Notes: generated by a model from the letters alone, not told the origin. Counted from the stretch's first letter, positions 49,542 through 61,144 are shown. The stretch is 64,000 nucleotides of DNA from an uncultured Verrucomicrobiae bacterium (GCA_963812605.1 CAWEWF010000006.1:96001-160000); one strand, 5' to 3'. Numbers and translations: made by a program.

Positions 49542-50812
49542 GCAGCACGCGGCATCTTGGATTCACAACAGCCGGTTTGTCTCTAGCAGCCGGGGCGTAC
49601 TTTCTCATGAGCCAAGACCCACCGCTCTCATGGGTGTTGGCTGGGATGTTCGGTCTTATCGGCGGCTATGCGACTGCCACTTCTCTTCGCACGAGACGTC
49701 GTCCGATCGTGCGATTGAAGGGGCTGGCGTGGACGCAGGAGGATTTCTGTCGCGGTTGGCTGATCACCGGGGACACCGGCTCCGGGAAAACGCGCTCCGG
49801 GATCACACCACTGCTCTACCAGGTATTCCACAACGAGCCGCGCTGGGGCGGGCTCTGCATTGATGACAAAGGCATTTATTGGGAAACGCTTTCGGAGATG
49901 GCCCGACACTTCAACCGGCAAAACGATTTGATCCTGCTCCAGGTCAGACCGGACGACGCCCCGCTTAGTTGGAAACCAACCCACACCTATAATCTCACGT
50001 CCGATGCTGGCATTCCGTACAGCACGTTCGCCAAATTCGTCGTTGATACCGCCGCCAGCCTCGGCCAACAGGGTGACAAGAGCTTCTTCAAGAGTCAGGC
50101 GCAGACGCACATTGCCCACGCGTTGGAGGCGCTGTATGAGGTTCAGGCTGACGTGACATTGGAGAATGCCCACGAGCTACTGCTGAACGAGGAAGAATTG
50201 GACGACACGCTGGCCGAGTTGTCGGACGGCTACCCAACTGAGCGTCGCCGTGCGCTCGTGGAGCATTTACAGCATCGTTATCTCAATCAACCGCCCGAAC
50301 AGATGGGCGGCGTGAAGGAGACCGTCGCCAATTATCTGCACAATTTCCTGACCCCCGACATCGCGCAGATCTTCTGCCCTGCCGCCAACACGTTTCAACT
50401 GAGCGACATAGACCGTGGAAAAATCATCTGCGTCGCCATGCCTCAGAAATTCCAGACGGAACGCCGGTATGTGAACACGTTTTTGAAAATGCTCTTCTAT
50501 ACGCACGTCTTGCGGCGTTTCGACCGGCCGAAGGAACAACGCAAGAACGACAACCTTCTGATCTTGTGGGCTGACGAAGCGCAACGATTCGTTACCTCAA
50601 ACGACGAAGGAATGAGCGACTACAACACGATCGACGTGATCCGCGAGGCGAACGCAGCCGTCGTGGCCGCCGCCCAATCATCCACGTCGTTCATTCCGCC
50701 TTTGGGCAGGGACAAAGCAAAAGTGCTGTTGCTGAATTTGCGGAACCGTATCATTTTCAAAGCTGCCGACGAGGAGGGCGCGCAGGAGAGCGCCGATTTC
50801 CTCGGCAAACGG
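49538..50812 (+). pseudogene. Type IV coupling protein (TraD/VirD4-like), 3'-truncated at about 50812
   Basis: Two N-terminal TMs, ITGDTGSGKT, WADEAQ, AAQS; after SADFLGKR the ORF runs into antisense of another gene. Confidence 0.8.
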
Positions 50813-52475
50813 TGTAACTTCGATGAGTTGGGTTGCCTCTTTGAGTTCACGAATCCATGCAAGCGTTGGCTCAATTGTCTGCCACTTGGTTTCGATACCG
50901 CGAAACAACCCGCCGAGCAAAGTCCCCGCCGATGAACCCTCGAACGCGACTCGATTTCTTTCATGTGTTTCAAGTTCGTCAAGGAGCGCGACCGCGTCTT
51001 CATCCGATGGAAACGGTGAATTTAGAAAGGATCGCACAGACTTGCGTACTTTGTGGTAGCGCATGGAGAACCACCGCGACCAGTGACCAGTGAATGAACG
51101 CAATTCGCGTCTCTGGACGGTCATCGTCTCGATATCAGGTAAATCACCAAAGACGACTCGGCCAGAGTTTCGGTCACGAAAGTCTTGAAGTTTGCGACTC
51201 TCTGCAACTGCTGTTGAAACGATTTCAGCATTCGCTTTTGAGCAGAGGGCTTCAATTGGTAGTCCGGTCGGAGCTTGCGGACGATTGAGAAGGAATAGAA
51301 CTAGCTTTTTCGCCTCATGGATCTGATCCAGGCTCTCAGGCGGAAGGAGCGGCCAACCCTCAAAATAACTACTGAAAGCGTTCATCGCGGTCTGTAGAGC
51401 AGTACGCAATCTCTCCACCTTGTCAGCTAGTTGAGTTACAGATTCCAGCGTCTGGTTCTGTAGTCCAAGCTCATGAATGAACCTAGCTCCCTGTCGTTGT
51501 GTGTCGAGGAGTCCGTCGTCAGGAGGTTGTCCAATTTTAATCTCTGGAAACCAGCTACATAATTCTTCAAAGCACTTTTGGTACGCCTGGATGGCTGAGG
51601 TAAACAACTGTAGCGTCTCCGCCGGGCCGGAATCCCCAACGAGTCGAGCAACAACATTTTCAGCACCGTTTGTCGGGATTTTGAGCAACTTCGCAGGAAT
51701 ATCCGTCAACGCCGCGAGAAGTCGAAAATCTCCAATCCTGAGTGTCGCTCTCTCAAAAACCCCGGTCGACAATTCGAGTGGAGTCTTGCTAGCAATATCA
51801 TGCACAAGACCTGAGAGTTGAGAGAGACCTTGTTCAAGTCCAGGAAGCTTGCAAAGCGGAACGTTCCCCAGCGCATGCTGACATAAGCAAAGTGCAGATT
51901 CATCCAAGATACCGGTCGCTGCCCCGTCGAGTAATCGGTTTGAATCAGCAACGCGGGAATTCAGCCGCGCGACACTAGTATGGTAGCGCGAGAGTCGTTG
52001 AACAAAAGCTCGCGCATCGCTTTGCTTTGCAGGATCATCTAGCACATGGAGTGCAAGCAGCAACTTGCCTCCGTTTGGAACGTGTAAATCCGGATTCGAG
52101 CGATGACTGGCCAGCACCTCAATATGTTTCCATGCAATTTCGGCTTGATCGGCTGGTTGGTTGGCGAACCCTAGCGCATTTACGCCCGCTGGATTTAGGG
52201 ACGCGTAGGCGAAAAGATCCTCAGCCCAGCGTAGTATTTCATTAAGCTCGTCGAGGGAGACTTTAGACGATGCCACAGAACAACGAGGGCTGACGACTGA
52301 TGCGACTGCATTGAGCGCTTCCGTGGCGCGAGCCGCGACATAGCTCCGATTGTCGGCGGTAAAGCGGAGATGTCTTTGGGCCTTCGTTAACTGGCGATAG
52401 AACTCCTCTAAATCTCGTTCGAATCTGGCAGTCGCTGTAGTGTTGTCTGGTGTCTGCCATAGAAACTCTAATAGG
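50813..52475 (-). pseudogene. Internal fragment of a large helical protein, probably the middle of a DUF4011/DUF3320-type SF1 helicase
   Basis: About 550-codon open frame without natural ends; RWFS.RY..VR and LLGGLFRG.ET.W pattern. Confidence 0.5.
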
Positions 52476-52532
52476 TTCGCCCCGCTCAATCATGCCGACA
52501 AGTTCCTCTACGGATGCTTCAGCTTTTGCCAT
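52476..52532 (-). pseudogene. N-terminal stub of a DUF262 (GmrSD-type) protein
   Basis: MAKAEASVEELVGMIERGE, a start I recognise from DUF262 proteins, breaking off after 19 codons. Confidence 0.6.
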
Positions 52533-52708
52533 TTGTTAAACCTTCGTTTTGGTAGTGGGTGTATCAAGGGGGTAAGCAAGACAGTAGCAAGCTCGGCAAG
52601 CGAGCGCAACTGCTTCCAATGGGGCCGCGAGAGCAATGGGTGAGCGGGATCAGACGGGCCGAACTGGCGGCGGAATTGAAAGCGAGGAGTTTTGCCCGAA
52701 GCAGAAAA

Positions 52709-52936
52709 TCAGGAAGAGGGAGGCCGCAATGTGGATGCATCAACTCCGGCCCAACGACATACTTCTCGGTGCGTATTTTTACCGTAATTGCGCGGGTTTC
52801 GGTACGGATACAGGGTTCCGTTTTTGAGCGCTTTGATAATCGCCTCTTTCTCAATCGCAATTCCCCCCTTTGTCAGGCAGTTCGTGGTTCTTCGGGTCAA
52901 GCCGTTAGGAAGAATGATCGATTTCATGCGCCTCAA
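52709..52936 (-). CDS. Small protein resembling the RNA polymerase alpha C-terminal domain
   Basis: GLTRRTTNCL..GI..RNYGKNTHREV compared with alpha-CTD L(S/T)VR..NCL..NLG.KS..EI. Confidence 0.45.
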   Translation of the reverse strand: MRRMKSIILPNGLTRRTTNCLTKGGIAIEKEAIIKALKNGTLYPYRNPRNYGKNTHREVCRWAGVDASTLRPPSS

Positions 52937-52945
52937 TTCTGTCGA

Positions 52946-54505
52946 TTACGTCAGCCTGCCTTGCAATGCCTTTTCAGAAACCAATCCAATTGCGATGGTT
53001 AATTCGGTTTCAAAGGCCCGAGTAACGTCCACAAGCCCCGATTTGGCATGTGTGGCTTCATGTATCAACGTTCCCGCATAATCTTTAACAGAGTTCAGTT
53101 GCTTCCGAAGAACAATAATTGTTTCGGAGGCCGGATCCCAAAGACCAAGGGTCTCATCTTCTGACGAGAAATCCTTACGCATCGTCTTTGAGATTTTGAT
53201 GTCTCGCACAATTCTCGGCTTGCCACCGACAAGTCCTAAAATATCATTCGATAAATTAAAAATCGTCCGCTCCTTCTCGCTGAGCCTTTCTATCGGAACA
53301 AACTCAAATTCGAAGCTGTCATTATAGTTCGTTACAAATTGCGAAATATCGACAATCGGTCTGCCCGAAAAATCCGTACTGCCCTTTATTTTGTCCTTGA
53401 GGTTCTCCGGGATCGAAACAATTTGATGTCCGCTCGCTTTGGCCTCTTGGATCATGTCTGGATGCATCATGATGTCCACCGATGAAACAAACAGAACCTT
53501 CCTGTCCTGATTGAGGATTTTGACAGCATGCTCCTGCACGTCTATCCACGAAAGTTCGTCATGAGCTGTTCCTTCATCAATTTTCTGCAAATCGTCAGCC
53601 AGAAGCGTTGCTACCTTGGCGGATTTACAGTTAAGCAGCGTCTTCTTCACGCAGTCAGTGTAAGCCGTTCTTCCAACGTTTGATCTTTCGCGATTGAGAG
53701 CCTTTTTAATGGGAGCGGTTAACTGCGTAATGTTGTAGCTAAAAAGAAAGTTCTCTTCTTCAGCAACCCTAACACCGTTAATGTAGATCTTGCCGGTGCT
53801 CCCAACTTTACCCACCACGTCTCCCGCCTTTGTTGATTCCAAGACCTGCTCCCCGGTAAACCTCAGAAACAAATTCTTTGCCCTGGCGATGTCATCGTCA
53901 GTTACGCCATCAATTATAAATTCCGTCCCAACAAATGTGTCGTCTGTTGGATCAGAAATATTGGCGTGTAAAGTAATGATGTCTGAAAAACCTTCCTTGG
54001 CGGATCTCGAAAGGGTTATGTCGCCAAACTTTGCCCTGATCAGAACCTTGATTCCCTTCCTGTCAAAGGTTGCCAAGGCGTCTTTTAAGCCAATGCCAAA
54101 TTTACCGATCACCCTTGGGTTTGACAGCTTCTCCTGATTCTCGTTTTGAGTGAGGTGGGTGTATTTCAATCCTCTTCCGTAATCTCTAATGCGCCACTGC
54201 TTGCCCTGCTTGGTAATCTCAACATCGCGTGTATTCGTTAGAAGCTGTTCGTCGAGTGCGTTGGCAATAATCTCACGAATGGCGTGAGATGTTTCCCAAT
54301 TCTCAAGGATTCGTTCGATGTTAAGGTCGAATTGTTTCACAGGGCCATGTTTGGAAAGGTTTCCTGCCGCTCCATCGAATGCAGAACCCGCCTGTGGAAC
54401 AACCAAGTCTGTTCCACACTTGGGGCAATTGACAGATGTGCCCGCCCCGGCCTCATCAATTGCAATATGCTGTCCGCACTTCTTACACGCAAAGGTGATG
54501 TCCAT
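52946..54505 (-). CDS. Zinc-ribbon / GHKL ATPase / HEXXH domain protein
   Basis: CKKC..CPKC; AIREIIANALDE, IRDYGRG, GKFGIGLK; C-terminal LIHEATH; GGAGG RBS. Confidence 0.75.
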   Translation of the reverse strand: MDITFACKKCGQHIAIDEAGAGTSVNCPKCGTDLVVPQAGSAFDGAAGNLSKHGPVKQFDLNIERILENWETSHAIREIIANALDEQLLTNTRDVEITKQGKQWRIRDYGRGLKYTHLTQNENQEKLSNPRVIGKFGIGLKDALATFDRKGIKVLIRAKFGDITLSRSAKEGFSDIITLHANISDPTDDTFVGTEFIIDGVTDDDIARAKNLFLRFTGEQVLESTKAGDVVGKVGSTGKIYINGVRVAEEENFLFSYNITQLTAPIKKALNRERSNVGRTAYTDCVKKTLLNCKSAKVATLLADDLQKIDEGTAHDELSWIDVQEHAVKILNQDRKVLFVSSVDIMMHPDMIQEAKASGHQIVSIPENLKDKIKGSTDFSGRPIVDISQFVTNYNDSFEFEFVPIERLSEKERTIFNLSNDILGLVGGKPRIVRDIKISKTMRKDFSSEDETLGLWDPASETIIVLRKQLNSVKDYAGTLIHEATHAKSGLVDVTRAFETELTIAIGLVSEKALQGRLT

Positions 54506-54699
54506 GCTGGCTCCTCCAGTTCCTTGTATCCTACATCGGGACTGCTTTTGCTGGCAACGCTCCAGAACTGGCCTGTGAACGTTTAGGATAGTAGTTACAC
54601 ACATTGAAATTCGACATTCCAAATCAGCATTGATTTTGGTAGCATCCGCTCGGTCGGTTCCTCTGACCAGGCTCAAATTCGGCGTAGAATGCAGTTGCC

Positions 54700-55421
54700 T
54701 TTGTCGCTGTTTGTCAGACATGAGCAGCAAGACCACCGATTTGATCTTGCGATGGCCACTCTCGCTGCGGAACAAAATGAAGAACCGTTGTTTGTTCGTA
54801 ATCTTGAGAACATTCAAGGAGACGAGCGCGATATCATGATTATTTCTTGCACCTACGGGCCACACACACCGGGCGGAACGCCGACCCAGCGATTTGGCCC
54901 ATTGAATCGAGAAGGCGGTGAGCGCCGTTTCAATGTTTTAATCACCCGCGCCAAGTGGCGAATGGAAGTCTTCTCCTCGATCCGCAGCGACCAGATTCTT
55001 GCAGATGGCAAACGGCAAGGCGTTCGTGACTTCCATCTATTTCTGAAATACGCAGAAAGTGGCATTTTGACCGACCGAGGGGAGGCAACCGGAAGGCAAC
55101 CCGACTCTCCCTTTGAAATTCAGGTGGAAGCCGTTCTCTCGATCCGGTTTTGCTGTCGAGCGCCAGGTCGGCGTGGCTGGTTACTTCATTGATTTGGCTG
55201 TGAAACATCCACATCACGCCGGGCTGTTCGCACTCGGTATTGAATGTGATGGAGCAACGTATCATTCTAGTCGCGCCGCGAGAGATCGTGATCGTCTCCG
55301 TGAGAAAGTTCTCAAGGAACGCGGATGGAATCTCCATCGTATTTGGTCAACGGATTGGTTTGTTAACCCACAGCAAGCAAAAGCAAAGTTGATCCAAGCG
55401 GTGAATCTTGCGTGTAGGTGA
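54700..55421 (+). pseudogene. C-terminal fragment of an SF1 (DNA2/NAM7-like) helicase with Vsr-like/MTES_1575 endonuclease, 1 frameshift
   Basis: NLENIQGDERD, FGPLN.EGGERRFNVLITRAK, SPFE, IDLAV, IECDGATYH, RDR.R...L...GW...RIWSTDW. Confidence 0.85.
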
Positions 55422-55571
55422 AATCGGCGGAACCTGATCTAGAGGTCGGTCTACCGGTAAGGCTTGCGGAAGTGGTTGTCGCCATCCAGATGAAAACTTC
55501 CCGCCAGGTTTCGCCGTCGTTCCATCCATCGGCAACAACTAGTTCTTGCGAACGTCAGCCAAATGTAGCAG

Positions 55572-56485
55572 TTAAGCAATCAGCAAACAATTCGCCTGCT
55601 CGTCCATCACCAATTTCCCGCAGCCAGTGCCGCCCGTCAGCAGGTCAACCACCACAGCGTCGCCAATGAGTTTTTCCACGGCGTCACGCATCGGGCGCGC
55701 CCCGAGCTTGGGATGGAAACCGCGACGGACAAGGAATGGCAGCACGGCATCGTCCGGTGTGAGTTCGTGGCCTTTAACTTTCAGGAACTCTAATTCCTGA
55801 GTCAGCAGAAGCTGCGCGATCTCCAACTGGTGGTCGTAAGTCAGTCGGTTGAAGACCAGCTTCTCCGTGATACGCGCATACAATTCAGGGCGCATCTGAT
55901 TGTTGTGCGCGCGTCAGGACGTGGCGTTCCATCGTGGCCGGCGTTGAGTATTGCAGGTTCATCAAGTCGGCGCTGCCGATGTTAGATGTGAACACGACGT
56001 AGAACCCACTCAATTCCAGCGTCTCACCGCTGGCCATCGTCACGCGTGCTGCGTCCAGGATTTGCAGAAAGACATCCAGCACGCGGGGATGTGCCTTTTC
56101 GATTTCGTCAAACAGCAGCGTGCCGACTCTCGACTTGTCATAGACCATCCCCAACGTCCCCCGCTCACCGAGCTTGCCGCCAAGCAACAGCCCCAAACTC
56201 TCCTGAGTCTGATATTCCGACATGTCAAAACGAAACACGTGATCTTTGCTCATCAGAAAACTGGTGAAAGCCAGTGTGACTTCAGTCTTACCCACGCCGG
56301 TCGGGCCAAGGAACAGAAAACTTCCTCGCGGGCGGCCTAGCTTCGTCAGGCCGAGTTCACCGCGCTGAAGTAGCGACACGATCCGCGGCAACACATGATC
56401 CTGTCCGCGAATGCGCTGCCGCAGAGGCAATTCCAATTCATGCAGTTTTTCATTGCGAGTTTGCCGGAGGGATAGTCGTTTTCAT
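55572..56485 (-). pseudogene. Stand-alone ClpB-like AAA+ (D2) ATPase, 2 frameshifts
   Basis: IRGQD, FLFLGPTGVGKTE, FDMSEYQ, LFDEIEKAHP, TSN, RPEL..RI, GARPMR. Confidence 0.8.
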
Positions 56486-56515
56486 CGGCTCATATGTTGC
56501 CGCCCCCGTGAAAAT

Positions 56516-56533
56516 TGTTCCCAAACGGGAACA
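56516..56533 (+). promoter_or_regulatory. ICE core box copy 3
   Basis: TGTTCCCAAACGGGAACA, 21 nt upstream of TACAAC, ahead of the tra operon ATG at 56569. Confidence 0.75.
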
Positions 56534-56568
56534 GCAAGCGCGGCTAATCCGCTGTACAACGCTGGCAC

Positions 56569-56872
56569 ATGAAAACAATATTCTTCACATACGACACTGC
56601 GGTTCGCTCCGATTCTGGCTCAGGCTGGCGGCGGCACGACCTTAACGCAAGGCACCAGCAGCGCGTTGGGCATCGTCATGCTCATCGGGTTCCTCTTCGG
56701 GACAATTTGCGTGATTAGCGGCGGGTTTGCGATTCGCCGTGGCGACACCGATTCCGGGAAACTCTCCATCGTCGGCGGCCTCATCATCGCCGGCGCTCCC
56801 GTGATCGTAAAGGCACTTTTCGTCGCGTTCGGCATCGGCACTTCCACTGTTGACGTGGGTACATTCCAATGA
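56569..56872 (+). CDS. VirB2/TrbC-like pilin (frameshift near 56600)
   Basis: PILAQA..ALGIVMLIGFLFG..GD...GKLSIVGGLII, two hydrophobic helices; first gene of the operon. Confidence 0.6.
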
Positions 56873-57194
56873 ACAACCAAACGCTAAGACTGACCGAGAC
56901 CAACAGCGCCGACGATTCCAAAGGGCGGACATGGGGGCTGGAAGGCAATCTATTCTGGTACATGACCGGCGGCTGCTTCGCATCCGTGATGACATTGTTG
57001 ATTACGTTCAGCGTCGCGAAGGTGTCATTTCAGGTTCCTTGGTATTCGCGGCAATTCCGTTACTGCTCACGCTCCTGTACGTATATGGCTTCCGACAGGG
57101 AAAACCGCCGGGCTACGACACGGATTGTTTGGATTAATGGATCAAGGGTTCTGGCTTCGGCCCTGATTTGTGCCGCCAGCCCGGTATCCGCTAA
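56869..57194 (+). CDS. VirB3-like membrane protein (1 frameshift)
   Basis: TNSADDSKG..WGLEG, TM segments, then GKPPGYD.D in a second frame; directly upstream of virB4. Confidence 0.55.
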
Positions 57195-57203
57195 AGGGCC
57201 AAC

Positions 57204-59928
57204 ATGTTCGATAACGCCCCACACGGCTATTTCATCCGCGACCTGATTGTCTTCAACGGTCTGCGCCAGGGCTGCTTCGTTTCCAAAGGATTCATCTTCG
57301 AACCACCCGACCTCGACAACGCACAGGTCTCCGACCTGAACGAGTTCCAGGAACAAATCACACTCCTGCTGGCATCGCTCGGCGACGCTCGACGGCTACA
57401 AGTGCAATTTTACTGCGACTCGGACTACCGCGCCCCGCTGCTCCGCTACAACAGGAAACCGAGAAGATGCAGAACGTCTGGACGAAACGCTGCCGCAACG
57501 AGAGGTTCATGCGTTACTGGCAGGCGATGGCAGACCGCAATCTCCGCCGTCAGCGTCTCATCCTCTACATCTCGCGCAAGATAGACACCTCGCCGAAGGC
57601 CACCAGCACCGCCGAGGCGCTGGCGGCGTTCTACGAGATGACGCTGGAGCAGATGCAGGCGGAATTCGCCCAGGTCCACGAGATGCTGGCCAGCATTTTC
57701 TCCGGCCAGGGCGCACGCATCATCCCGATGACCGATGCCGACCATTACCGGCACTACAAGATGTTCCTGAATCCGTCTCTGGCCGACCGTTTCGATTACG
57801 ATATTTTCGACGCCTTCGACCCGGAGTTTCCATCCAGGAGAACTGCTGGCACTGCGAAGGCAACGGCCAGACCGATTTCGGTTTCTGCATGGACGGCCAT
57901 TACCACTCCATCATCGCCCTCACGCGCTGGCCGAAAATGACCTATCCCGGGATCGTCCACCGCCTCACCAATCTGCGGCTGCTCGACTACACGATCACGG
58001 TCAACGTCGATCCGCTGCCCGTCCGCCAGGAAATCCTCAAGGAGGAAAAGGAACACGACCGTATCGCCGGCGACTACGCCAGCGAAAAGAAAATGTCACT
58101 GCTGACCGTGATGGAAAAGAAGCAGCACAAAATCGCCGCACTCGCAGGGACACGCTGCCGTTCCACGCGCAATTCATCGTGCGCATGTGGGACAAGACCA
58201 AGGACGGTTTGTCCGCAAAGACCAGCGCGATCAAGAACGCCATCAACTCGATGAACAGCGCGCAGTATTTCGAGAGCACTCTGCCAAGCACATCGAGAAA
58301 GCTGTTTTTCCAGACGTGGCCGGGCTGGACATGGGGACGTTACGAACATCGCAAACTTTACTGCGAAAGCCGTTACCTCGCCGACATGCTCCCGTTCTGC
58401 GCCACCTTCACCGGTCACCTGGAAACCGCCGAGGCGATCTACGAAGGCTCGGCGAGCAATCTCGTCGGCATCAAGACGTTCTCAGGGCAGGCGTCGAACG
58501 TCTCGCCGCAGCACGCCGTGTTGCTGGGCATGAGCGGAGCGGGCAAGTCCGTGACGGTATGCGATCTGCTTTCGCAAACCGAAGGCTACTTCGCTTACAC
58601 CGTCATCATCGAGGAAGGACTGTCCTACGGCATCTACACGCAGACGGTTGATCCCGACGCCAAGCCAATCATCATCCAGCCGGACGGCAACATGACCATC
58701 AATTATCTCGACACGAAAGGTCTGCCGCTGACGCCCGACCATCTCGCGTCCGCGACGGCGCTGGTTGCGCGCATGGTTGGCCTCAGCCAGCACGAAGACA
58801 AACAGATGCTCCGGCAGGCGCAAATCGCCAAGTACATCAATCTGCTTTACGAGGATGTTTTCCAGGACTGGTCGAGCAAACGCTCCGACCAACTGCTTGA
58901 CATCGCCCGGCATGCCTACGCTTTGAGCCACTACCGGCACGAAAGATGCCGCCCGGCGCAACGACGCTCGAAGCCTTTGCGGACTTCCGCGACTGGAAAG
59001 CGAAGCACGAGGACGAAGCCCGCGCGTATCTCGACCAGTTCGACGAAGGTGAGGTTCTCAAGTTTCTCAAAGACCCCAACACGAGCAAAGAGGTCCGCAA
59101 CCTCGCGTTCGCCTATTTCACAGCGGAAGAATTTCCGACGCACCGGATGTTGCAGGAGTTGATGTTCCTCGATGCGTCCGGGGCTGAGCGCGATCAAATC
59201 CACGAGATCGCTACGCTGCTCCTGCCGTGGTGTCGCGACGGCAACTACGGTGCGCTGTTCGACGGCGTCACCAACATGTCCCTGACCGGGAAGATTGCCC
59301 ACTTCGAGTTGGGATACATCCCGGACTCGGCGAAGGAATTGCGAGCCGCGGCCGGGTTCCTGATCACCAACGATGCTCGCAAACACATCATCACCCTGCC
59401 CCGCGCCGTTGCGGAAACGAAACGTATACGAGGAAGTCGCCCGCTTCCTCGACATCCCCGGCGGCGAGGAGATCGTCAAGGAGAGCTACGCGCAGCTTCG
59501 GAAGTTCAACTGCTGGAACATCTCGATCGTACAGCAGTACGCCCGCTTTAAGCAGAGCCGCATCCGCTCGGCGGTGTTCGGCAACAGTCGGCAATTTTTC
59601 CTGATGCGTCAGAACGACCGGGCTGACATCGATGACATCAGCCAGGATATCGCCATCCCGGAAATTACCAAGCACACCATCATGAACTATCCCGCTCCCC
59701 GACCATCAGGTCGGGCAGAAGTATGCGGCGTTCACCTATCTGCAAATCGACTCCCTCCGACCGATTTGCGGGACAGTTCACAACATCACCTCACCCGAGA
59801 TGCTGTATTGCAGCAGTTCCAGTGGCCAACATTTTGAGAAGCGGGCCAAGGAACTGCGTGGCAGTACCAACGTCGTCGAGGGCATCATCCGCCACGCCAG
59901 TCCCACCCCGGTAGCCGAACCCGTATGA
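57204..59928 (+). pseudogene. VirB4-like conjugation ATPase, multiple frameshifts
   Basis: LGMSGAGKS Walker A, VYEEVAR Walker B-like, RKFNC....VQQ; spread over at least 6 frame segments. Confidence 0.8.
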
Positions 59929-60337
59929 AAACACCCCCTCTCATCATCCTCGCCTGCGTTTCACTCCTGATAACCGGCTGCGCCGCCTCGCGACCCATTG
60001 GCGATCTAGCAATGGGCGCCGGCGGCGCAGCACTCGCCAATGACTTGTCCCATGGCAATTTAGCCATCACCGCCGCCGGCGCCGCCGGTGGCGTCCTTGT
60101 CAGCGAGGGGCTGCACTACGCCAGTCAGAAGCAGGCCGGGAACGCTTACAACTCCGGCTACGAGAAGGGGCGCAGTGACGCTGTGAAACAGCAGTACTGG
60201 ATATTGGTCAACCAACAAAAGGAGAAAGCCGAGCAGAACCAAGACAACATCCGTTACTACGAGATCCCGGTCCCGAACAAACCATCGACGGAACAATTCT
60301 AAACCCAACAACCAAACTCCTACGAATCGAGGAATAA
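59925..60337 (+). CDS. Conjugation-associated lipoprotein (frameshift near the 3' end)
   Basis: Lipobox LLITGC, glycine zipper, G.SDAVKQQYW. Confidence 0.65.
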
Positions 60338-60341
60338 GGCC

Positions 60342-61144
60342 ATGAAACATATGCTCGCCGTTATCACCGCCAGCTTGCTCTGCGCCGCATCCAGCCGCGC
60401 CCAGTACGTCGTGTACGACCCCGCGATGCACTCACAAACCATCATTGATGAAGCCCGGAACATGGCTGAGTTCGTGCAGATGATCGACAATCAGGTCCAG
60501 CAAATCACCACGATGACCTCGCAGCTGCAGCAGTTTGGTAATCCGGCTTTGGTAATCCGCGAATCCTCAATCTGGCTGGCTTCACGGGCTTGATTTCCGA
60601 CCTCCAAAATACCGGCGTAGGTCAGGCCTTTGGCCAGCTCGAAAATCTCGCCCAAGGAGTCAATGCCATGGAATACGACGCCAACGGCCTGTATCACAAC
60701 GTGGGGAGGACGTTCACCACCCCCGATGGCCATTCCGTGTCGCGAGCCGCCAACCTCTACCGTCAATTCGCCGCCATTAATGAGACGACCCGGAACTTCA
60801 CCGGTGTGTATGCCGACGTGATTTCCCGCCGCGACTCGCTCCGGCAAGACATTGCCACCACCACCGAACAACTTCGGGCAGCCACCACCGCCTCGGAGGT
60901 ACAAAAGCTCACGGGCATCTTGATTGGACTCAACGCCGAGCTTTCCGCCACGGACAAGGAACTCGACCACGCCACCAGCGTGAGCCTTGTCCAGAATGCC
61001 GAGAACCAGAACGACCAGGCCAAGCAGCAACAGGCGCGTGTCGAGGAGCAACAGGCCGAGTTTTCGGAAGGAATCCGTAAGTACAACAACACGATGGCTC
61101 TCAGCACAGAACCGGCCGCGTTCACGGACAACGCCCATGAGTAA
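60342..61144 (+). CDS. VirB5/TrbJ-like protein (frameshift near 60540-60590)
   Basis: Signal peptide plus AQYVVYDP; Gln-rich coiled coils. Confidence 0.65.

Noticed and set aside
50678-52489. 603-aa ORF as a complete novel gene
   Set aside because: Its 3' part is antisense to the coupling protein and its 5' end comes from a DUF262 stub; it is a chimeric fragment.
54506-54865. N-terminal 120-aa extension of the GHKL protein in the ORF track
   Set aside because: It overlaps the antisense helicase fragment, and a GGAGG RBS supports the start at 54505.
57204-59928. Programmed frameshifting in virB4, ligD or udgX
   Set aside because: Too many breaks with no consistent slippery site.
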